DNA of 64,000 nucleotides from a virus (taxonomy: Duplodnaviria > Caudoviricetes), in the IMG/VR virus record IMGVR_UViG_3300009709_000023, positions 1 through 64,000 of that record; one strand, given 5' to 3'. Below, piece by piece: positions 57,779 to 64,000 of the stretch (the first letter of the stretch is position 1; each line of letters opens with the position of its first letter). Made by a program: the position numbers and the translations under genes. The notes beneath the pieces are model-generated. The model did no database searches. It had not been told where the DNA came from and worked only from the letters and a program-made list of their open reading frames with translations.

Positions 57779-58327
57779 ATGATGAGAAAATTACTTTTCT
57801 GGGTCAGCGGATATCTTCCGACGAAGCTGATTAGCGAAGCTGCGACCGAGAGCACACCGGAGAGGCCGTACCTAGAGAGGTACTTTCTCCTCGAAACGGA
57901 AGAACACGTTGCTTATCTGCACAGGTTTGTAGATAGTGATCCCGATAGGGCAAAGCACAGTCACCCTTGGAAATGGGCATTATCTATAATTCTTGCTGGA
58001 TGGTATGTTGACGCGAATACCTATGGTCAAAAGGTAGTACGTTGGATAAATTTCCTAACTGGCGATACTTTCCATCGTGTTATTCTACCCGGCAGTATGG
58101 ACAGCAAACACAGAGATGTTTGGACATTGTTCATTCATCCCAAGACAAAATCCAAGTCCTGGGGATTTGCTGAACGTTTCCCATGGATGGATGCTCAGGG
58201 CGCTCCTGAAGATGCCTACATTTATATTCCCCACAAAAGTTCTCCAGAAGAGAGCTGGTGGAAAGACGCTCCAAAAGGGCGAGACTCTAGGAGGTTAAAT
58301 GAAAATCTACAAGCATTTAAAACTTAA
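57779..58327 (+). CDS. Cupin-like hypothetical protein
   Basis: YLHRF..SDPDR..HSHPW....S.IL.G.Y...FHRV...WTLF: His-rich cupin pattern. Confidence 0.6.
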   Translation: MMRKLLFWVSGYLPTKLISEAATESTPERPYLERYFLLETEEHVAYLHRFVDSDPDRAKHSHPWKWALSIILAGWYVDANTYGQKVVRWINFLTGDTFHRVILPGSMDSKHRDVWTLFIHPKTKSKSWGFAERFPWMDAQGAPEDAYIYIPHKSSPEESWWKDAPKGRDSRRLNENLQAFKT

Positions 58328-58451
58328 CAACCACGTTCCTGACACCCGTCGCATCTCAAAGCCCGCCGAGAAACAGCAAGACTCGGCGGTTGTCAAACGA
58401 GCCGTGAAGCAGAAAATTCGCAACCTGGCTAAAAGGAAATTTGGGAAATGA
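58299..58451 (+). CDS. 50-aa basic protein (not in ORF track)
   Basis: AGGAGG SD; MKIYKHLKLNN...AKRKFGK. Confidence 0.65.
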   Translation: MKIYKHLKLNNHVPDTRRISKPAEKQQDSAVVKRAVKQKIRNLAKRKFGK

Positions 58452-58452
58452 T

Positions 58453-58959
58453 ATGGACATTATTCCACATAAATATCGGATTAATCACTTGGTGGACGGT
58501 CGTCTTCCGGATTTTAGGTCTATGGTAAACGCCTTACATGGTCAAGCAAAAAATTTTGGCCATGAAGATGAATTATACAAGAAGTTTTTTGTAGCGACTA
58601 AAAAAATCAAAGTTTTCAAATTGGCTACGGATACTAGTGGTTGTTATCGGTATATCATTAACTTAATCATACCTAAAGGAACTAAATTCCACATAGGTTG
58701 TACGATGGGAGGCGGAGAATGCTGCCGCTATAAATGTCGTGCAGAAAAAGTTTTTGTACATAGTATCGTCGATAAATGGACGGGTAAAGAAGTCAAAATA
58801 GCATATAGCTTTATGAAATCAAGACGTACTGATAAACATCTGAAATATGAGGTGGGTAAACTGATTGATTTGACTAAAGAATTTAGCCATGAGTACGCTA
58901 TTTGTGCCGAGGGAATACATTTCTTTCTAGATATCAAATCAGCATACTACTATCGTTAA
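58453..58959 (+). CDS. DUF5758-like hypothetical protein
   Basis: KCRAEKV.V, AYS...YEVGK, CAEGIHFFL. Confidence 0.6.
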   Translation: MDIIPHKYRINHLVDGRLPDFRSMVNALHGQAKNFGHEDELYKKFFVATKKIKVFKLATDTSGCYRYIINLIIPKGTKFHIGCTMGGGECCRYKCRAEKVFVHSIVDKWTGKEVKIAYSFMKSRRTDKHLKYEVGKLIDLTKEFSHEYAICAEGIHFFLDIKSAYYYR

Positions 58960-59016
58960 TAACGTATTAACCAAGGAGACATGCCTCATGCGTTATTAAC
59001 CAACACGGAGTAAACC

Positions 59017-59301
59017 GTGAAAACCCCGATTGACACCTCAAAAATTTCTAACCCTAACTCCCCTACGAGGTATTACCGAGCAGCAGAGGCACAGGCGAAA
59101 AAATTAAAGAACGTTGAATTGACTTACCAAGATAAAGTTGTAATAGAAAACCAACGACAAATGATGTTCCAAAGGGATCTCGTCGACCGAAGTAGGAACG
59201 CTTTAGACGAAGATTCTCAACTTTGTCAGGAATTCTATGTAACGGCAGGGTCTGGGAGGGGCCTGCCGTTTGATGTAGATGCTCTGATGGATTTGCTGTA
59301 A
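59017..59301 (+). CDS. Hypothetical protein
   Basis: GGAG SD, GTG start. Confidence 0.7.
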   Translation: MKTPIDTSKISNPNSPTRYYRAAEAQAKKLKNVELTYQDKVVIENQRQMMFQRDLVDRSRNALDEDSQLCQEFYVTAGSGRGLPFDVDALMDLL

Positions 59302-59430
59302 AGGGTCGATACGGCTGACCCGTTGGATACCTGGAATTGGCCTGACCAGCCAGGTACGGGGGATAACCTCCCTGAATACAATTTGATGTAGTATTGTTGA
59401 AAGCGGGTCTGGTTTATACTAGACCCGTCA
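59302..59430 (+). ncRNA. Candidate ~125-nt structured RNA overlapping the sigma gene 3' end in antisense
   Basis: Five consecutive stems (see findings). Confidence 0.45.
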
Positions 59431-60193
59431 GTCGATCTTTTAATATTCCAAGGCCCTCCGCCTTGTATTCTCTCACTTGATCTTTGCTTATTTTTAGCTT
59501 TGTAGAGATTTCTGCGTGGGTCATTTCGTCATGTTCCCCAATGCCAAAAGACATTGAGATAATTTCTTTGTGTGGACTAGGAAGAGTATCGACCATTTTT
59601 TGAATTCGTTCCCGGTCTAGGCGGGTTTCGACTTCTTCTCCGATTGGGTCGATTTCAAAGTTAGGATCATCGGCGTCCATGTCTTCAAGGTAGAACGTCA
59701 GATATTTTGTAGAGTACATCTCTCGAATATCTTTTTCTGCCACGTCAGGAAGGGCTTTCCTAAGATCTTCTATTGTAACGTTCTCGTTTTGATCAATTAT
59801 TTTTTGTATTTTTGATGCGAGTTGCTGTTTCCAAATTGGCAATGCAGTGATTCTAACCTTGCTCATTTCCTTCAGTATTCGCTGCAAAACCCACGACCCA
59901 GCATAAGTAAGGAACCGATATCCTTTCTTATAGTCAAATTTGTTAAGTCCTACAAGTAAACCTTCGTTGCCAGCGGAGATTAGTTCGGAAAACTGCTCAG
60001 GGTCATTCTTGGAATATTTTTTGGCCTGCTTAAAAACAAAACGTAGATTTGCCGTAATTATTCTATCTCGTATCTTGTCTCGTTCTTTTTGAGGCAATCC
60101 TGCATCTTCAAGTAATAGAAACAATTCAAATTCTTCATCTTTAGTGAGAATTGGTTCCTCACATATTTTGTCGTAATAATTGGCAAGGTCCAT
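59414..60193 (-). CDS. Phage-encoded sigma70-family factor (regions 1.2, 2, 4)
   Basis: Y..KI...PILTKDEE, ANLRFV...AKKY, LISAGNEGL...KFD..KGYRFLTYA..W; region-4 HTH. Confidence 0.9.
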   Translation of the reverse strand: MDLANYYDKICEEPILTKDEEFELFLLLEDAGLPQKERDKIRDRIITANLRFVFKQAKKYSKNDPEQFSELISAGNEGLLVGLNKFDYKKGYRFLTYAGSWVLQRILKEMSKVRITALPIWKQQLASKIQKIIDQNENVTIEDLRKALPDVAEKDIREMYSTKYLTFYLEDMDADDPNFEIDPIGEEVETRLDRERIQKMVDTLPSPHKEIISMSFGIGEHDEMTHAEISTKLKISKDQVREYKAEGLGILKDRLTGLV

Positions 60194-60214
60194 GTTGTAA
60201 TCCTTTATAAAGGC

Positions 60215-60243
60215 ATTGTATGTTAAGTTTTTATAAAAGTCAA
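60215..60243 (-). promoter_or_regulatory. Host sigma70-type promoter for the phage sigma gene
   Basis: TTGACT-17 nt-TACAAT on the minus strand, 22 nt upstream of the ATG. Confidence 0.7.
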
Positions 60244-60309
60244 GTATGAAATATTGACAAATTCATTTCTTTCATGATAATATTTGTCTTTATGATGAAA
60301 GAAATGACA

Positions 60310-61032
60310 ATGGAAATTATATCGAAAAAAGAAGCTAAAAAATTAGGCCTTAAAAATTACTTTACCGGCAAACCTTGTTCCAAAGGGCATCTTGCTGAAA
60401 GAAAAGTTTCTTGTGGTAATTGTATACTCTGCCAAAGAGAAAATAACAAAACCTACAGAGAGCAACATAAAGAAAAAATTCAAGCCTACAACAAAGAATA
60501 CTTGAAAAAGTACTATGCTGAAAATAAGGAAAAATTACTTGCCAATCAGCGAGAATACTGGGAGAAAAATAAACATAGATTTAGTGAACGCCAAGCAGAA
60601 TATAGAGAAAAAAACAGAGAACAAAAAAGACTGTCAGACAGAGAATATCGCGTTGTTCACAAAGAAAAATTTAATCTGTCAACTGCTAATTCGAAGAAGA
60701 AAAAACCCGCAAAATACATTGCTCTCATTTTGAGACGGAGAGCAAAACAACGGCAATCCATACCGATATGGTACGACGAATCCGCTGTAGATCTAATTAT
60801 TCAGCAAAGAGATGAACTCACCGAATCCACCAAAATAATTCACAATATAGATCATATAGTGCCCGTGATTAGCGATTTTGTTTGTGGCCTACATTGGCAT
60901 GGAAATATGCAAATACTTACGAAATCTGAAAATAGCGCTAAAAGCAATCTTATTTGGCCTGACATGCCTGACACGTCCGATCCAGAACTCAAAGCCCTTG
61001 TCAAAACCTTTAAAGAATCTTGCCAAGACTAA
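60310..61032 (+). CDS. HNH homing endonuclease
   Basis: YFTGKPCSKGH, NIDHIVPV.SDFVCGLHWHGNMQILT..EN. Confidence 0.85.
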   Translation: MEIISKKEAKKLGLKNYFTGKPCSKGHLAERKVSCGNCILCQRENNKTYREQHKEKIQAYNKEYLKKYYAENKEKLLANQREYWEKNKHRFSERQAEYREKNREQKRLSDREYRVVHKEKFNLSTANSKKKKPAKYIALILRRRAKQRQSIPIWYDESAVDLIIQQRDELTESTKIIHNIDHIVPVISDFVCGLHWHGNMQILTKSENSAKSNLIWPDMPDTSDPELKALVKTFKESCQD

Positions 61033-61076
61033 CCAATTCGTGTTACAATCCAACATCTTTTCAATAAGAGATTTAA

Positions 61077-61820
61077 ATGACTGCTGTTAAACAACTCAAG
61101 TTGCCTTTGAAGGTAGCTAAAAAAGATCTGCCTAAAGCAGTGATCAGTCTAACTGGCCCGACAGCATCGGGTAAGGACACTATTCTTAAGTATCTCGAAA
61201 CTAATTATCCGATCAAGCGTTTAATTAGTGACGTTACTCGTACAAAGAGAGACGGGGAAACTGATGGTGTTGACTACAATTTTGTTACCCGTGAGAAGTT
61301 CGAAGAAAATCTCAAGAATGGTGAGTACTTTCAACATGTTGAGTTTAAAGGTAACTGCTACGGCACTAACTCTAAAGAAGTCAAAAAGACTTTGGAGTCT
61401 GGTAAAATCCCAGTGCTGATTCTTGAGCCCAGTGGAGTACCCCACTTGGATATTCTTGAGGACGAGTACAAACTTAAACCTTGTAAAGTTTTCGTTTCTG
61501 CCCCTCTAGAAGATTTGTTAACTCGATATTTCAAACGTACATCTAAAGAAGAATTCCTTAAAAATCCTGAGTATGGATATGAACGTCTTAAGGGCATGGT
61601 TGTTGAACATGAATTTTGGGAGCGTACTCATAAATGGGACCTAAGAATTCAAAATGATTCCTACGTAGATTTCGCAATTGAAGAAGGTGCTTTCCGAATT
61701 GCAAATAAGCTTGGTTTACTAAGCGATTATAAAGTCCCTGGAAAAATGTGGACTGAACATCAATTTTTTAAAGAGGTTTTTTGGTATGGCTACGAAGATA
61801 GAACTACAAAGTCGGAATGA
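61077..61820 (+). CDS. gmk: Guanylate kinase-like nucleotide kinase
   Basis: GPTASGKDT P-loop, SDVTRTKRDGETDGVDYNFV, YGT. Confidence 0.8.
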   Translation: MTAVKQLKLPLKVAKKDLPKAVISLTGPTASGKDTILKYLETNYPIKRLISDVTRTKRDGETDGVDYNFVTREKFEENLKNGEYFQHVEFKGNCYGTNSKEVKKTLESGKIPVLILEPSGVPHLDILEDEYKLKPCKVFVSAPLEDLLTRYFKRTSKEEFLKNPEYGYERLKGMVVEHEFWERTHKWDLRIQNDSYVDFAIEEGAFRIANKLGLLSDYKVPGKMWTEHQFFKEVFWYGYEDRTTKSE

Positions 61821-61986
61821 AAATGGGAAAGAGATTATTGCTCTTGCCTTTGAATGTACGAAAGCGGAAGAACATGAAATTATCGATGCCGTCCGCGTCG
61901 CAATTTTTGAGAATAACCCAAAACGAGGAGGCTATGTTAATAGCAATCGCCTTGTCATCGAATTTAGCCTTGAAGATGACTCTTGA
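61786..61986 (+). CDS. Small hypothetical protein
   Basis: GAGG upstream; overlaps the end of the kinase gene. Confidence 0.65.
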   Translation: MATKIELQSRNENGKEIIALAFECTKAEEHEIIDAVRVAIFENNPKRGGYVNSNRLVIEFSLEDDS

Positions 61987-62070
61987 TATGGTATAAGTAA
62001 GTTGATACACAACGACCACTGTACTCGCCCTCGCCGACCGCGAGGGCTTTTCATTTGAGGAGCAACTTTT

Positions 62071-62415
62071 ATGGTTTCCCGGACAAACGTTTTTGCCCTT
62101 ATCCAAACAGGTCTTCAGGATGCATTTAACAATGAATCCCAATTGGAGCTTGACCGTGTAAAAAAATTCATTGGAGATGTGAGCTTCATTAGTGAAAAGT
62201 TAGGGCATGCTTACCTGCCAACTGTCTTAGACAGTATCAGTTGGAATCTCAATGTTTCATATCTTTCGGAAGAGGATAAGAAAATTTTGGTTCCAAATAA
62301 GTGGGAACTCATCCAAAGAGATGGTAATAAAACCATTGCCACGTATGGCTGGCGAGATTATCGTTGGAATTTAGAAGGACGTAACGGTGATATCGTCGCT
62401 TGGAAACTGATCTAA
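62071..62415 (+). CDS. Paralog-array protein 1
   Basis: GAGGAG SD; C-terminal W...DI.AW.. motif. Confidence 0.75.
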   Translation: MVSRTNVFALIQTGLQDAFNNESQLELDRVKKFIGDVSFISEKLGHAYLPTVLDSISWNLNVSYLSEEDKKILVPNKWELIQRDGNKTIATYGWRDYRWNLEGRNGDIVAWKLI

Positions 62416-62425
62416 GGAGCTAAAA

Positions 62426-62857
62426 ATGATAGATTCACCTTCTTTATGGATCGATGTGAACGCTGGTAGAAGGGTGGCACGTCGGATGCTTGAAGATTTC
62501 AACCAAGAAAATTTTGTTGGATACGATAAAAAACTCAGGGAACTTATCGGGCTGCTGTCATACGGGGGCAGATCTGCAGAAGTTTTGAATAGTTTCACCC
62601 ATGCATTCGATTCTGGCAACCTAGCCGAGCTTGAAAAGACTATTGAAAAATATAATCTCAATCCTTCTCAACGCCGAGTTGGACCTTGGATAGCCAACAA
62701 TGGACATATGCCCCGGCCGGTAAAAGATAGCAAAGTTGAATTCCAAGTTCGTAGTCTTGAAACCGGAACTAGCAGAATTTCTCAGCTTAATTGGACTATC
62801 CCCTCTCCGACAACGGCTTACGATATCATACGTTATAGGGTAATCGAAAATGAGTAA
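62426..62857 (+). CDS. Paralog-array protein 2
   Basis: AAGGAG SD; WIANNG..P...LNW...YDIIRYRV. Confidence 0.75.
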   Translation: MIDSPSLWIDVNAGRRVARRMLEDFNQENFVGYDKKLRELIGLLSYGGRSAEVLNSFTHAFDSGNLAELEKTIEKYNLNPSQRRVGPWIANNGHMPRPVKDSKVEFQVRSLETGTSRISQLNWTIPSPTTAYDIIRYRVIENE

Positions 62858-63443
62858 ACTCGATTTGTTAGATAAATCTGTAACTAGTTTAAACATAACC
62901 GAATGTGTTGAGTATTTGGAATACTTATTCGAATCAGAATTTTTCGAAAAACATATTCCAGCACTCAATCATTTTTGTGATATCGTAGATTACCTTTTGA
63001 GAACTTATCCTTCCCAAAGAAACAAGTTATCAGTACGTGGGGAATTGACTCACAAGGTTTTCGGATATCATAATAAATATCTTATTAACCAAAACGTGCC
63101 TGAAACTTATAAGGTAGGCGTGTTGGAGGGAGACTCTAACAAAATACAACTCTCATGTGGTTATCTGAGAAGTATTGTAAACCTACTTCATCCTGTACTT
63201 CGAAATACTGGAGGGAGTGGGTTCATAAAGCGAGTATCTGATCCGAGCATAAGACCAAAATTTAGTATTGAATTTGAGGATTCAACGCCCTTGGAAGTCA
63301 TATGGGGAGTAGATGGTGGGCCTACTAGCATATCCCACGCCCCTATCAGAGATTTAAATTGGATTCAAGTGCAGGGCAGACCACAGATTTTGTCGTGGAG
63401 AGCATCCGAAGATATTTTTTGGGAAGATAAAGAACATGAATGA
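62850..63443 (+). CDS. Paralog-array protein 3
   Basis: Coupled; IRDLNW...QILSWR. Confidence 0.7.
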   Translation: MSKLDLLDKSVTSLNITECVEYLEYLFESEFFEKHIPALNHFCDIVDYLLRTYPSQRNKLSVRGELTHKVFGYHNKYLINQNVPETYKVGVLEGDSNKIQLSCGYLRSIVNLLHPVLRNTGGSGFIKRVSDPSIRPKFSIEFEDSTPLEVIWGVDGGPTSISHAPIRDLNWIQVQGRPQILSWRASEDIFWEDKEHE

Positions 63444-63735
63444 ATTGTCAATCAGTAATAAATTGCGAAAAGCTTTTCGGGAAGAAGATGAAACTGGATT
63501 TGAAAATATTGTCAAAACTCTGGAGGGCACTGGTGCTGGCAACTGCATACCTTTACCCCGAGGTTGGGTAATAAACAACGGATTGTCAGGAAACTGTCCG
63601 ATTGGCGTTAATTTGCAAACTACCGTTAGAGTTTTAACTCGTAACCTTGTTATGGAAAACGGGCGAGTTAGAGACTATAGTTGGATACTGTCTAACGGTC
63701 CTATGGACATCCTTGCTTATATGGTGCGGCATTAG
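63436..63735 (+). CDS. Paralog-array protein 4
   Basis: WVINNG...CP.G...VRVLTR..VRDYSW...DILAYMV. Confidence 0.75.
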   Translation: MNELSISNKLRKAFREEDETGFENIVKTLEGTGAGNCIPLPRGWVINNGLSGNCPIGVNLQTTVRVLTRNLVMENGRVRDYSWILSNGPMDILAYMVRH

Positions 63736-63746
63736 GAGAATAGCAG

Positions 63747-64000
63747 ATGGATAAACCTTTGAGCATTTCAGAAGCATTACTTCGGGCTTTTGAAAATGAA
63801 GACCTGGCAGAATTTGAAGCAATTCTCAAAAAAATCCAAGGCACTTTTCCGAAGTTCCTGGTAGTTCCTGACAACTGGATAATTCATACTGGGGAACTCG
63901 ATTCTGACGGGTTTCCGATTGGTATTGACCGAGAGTTAGTTGTTAGAGTTTTAACGAGGGGTATGGAAACTATTTACGATAGCGTCAAGTATTTCCGTTG
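63747..64000 (+). CDS. Paralog-array protein 5 (truncated by the window end)
   Basis: AGGAG SD; MDKPLSISEALLRAF...WIIHTG...PIG...VRVLTR, clearly similar to 63436-63735. Confidence 0.7.
   Translation, partial: MDKPLSISEALLRAFENEDLAEFEAILKKIQGTFPKFLVVPDNWIIHTGELDSDGFPIGIDRELVVRVLTRGMETIYDSVKYFR

Noticed and set aside
1-64000. tRNA genes, CRISPR arrays, integrase, terminase, DGR repeat pair
   Set aside because: None was recognised by eye in this window; a tRNAscan or repeat search could still find missed items.

Overview
This is a 64-kb segment of a large (probably jumbo) contractile-tailed phage genome, with no host chromosomal genes. Virion and late genes lie mostly on the minus strand: baseplate spike, tail tube and sheath, neck, major capsid, scaffold, prohead protease and portal. 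They are interrupted by plus-strand islands of small non-structural genes, most of which begin at a conserved TGGTATAAG box. The phage encodes its own multi-subunit RNA polymerase, split unusually into three ORFs (beta fused to the beta' N-terminus, a beta' catalytic piece, and a beta' C-terminal piece about 8.5 kb away), plus a sigma70-family factor. It also encodes thymidylate synthase, a guanylate-kinase-like enzyme, SNF2 and DinG helicases, an ATP-dependent ligase, two lytic transglycosylases and several free-standing homing endonucleases. Four features stand out. (1) A retron-like reverse transcriptase locus at the left end has a structured 350-nt leader, an overlapping partner ORF and a compact downstream RNA, but no canonical retron a1/a2 repeats. 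(2) An MNKYLEKIA motif is shared by about ten unrelated proteins, including a DNA ligase and a LigD-phosphoesterase/helicase fusion. With pervasive K-x-A sites, it suggests a capsid-targeting and protease-processing code. (3) Two further orphan structured RNAs lie at about 37.07-37.42 kb and 59.30-59.43 kb. (4) Distinct early and late promoter motifs are present. All family assignments come from motif recognition by eye; no searches were run.
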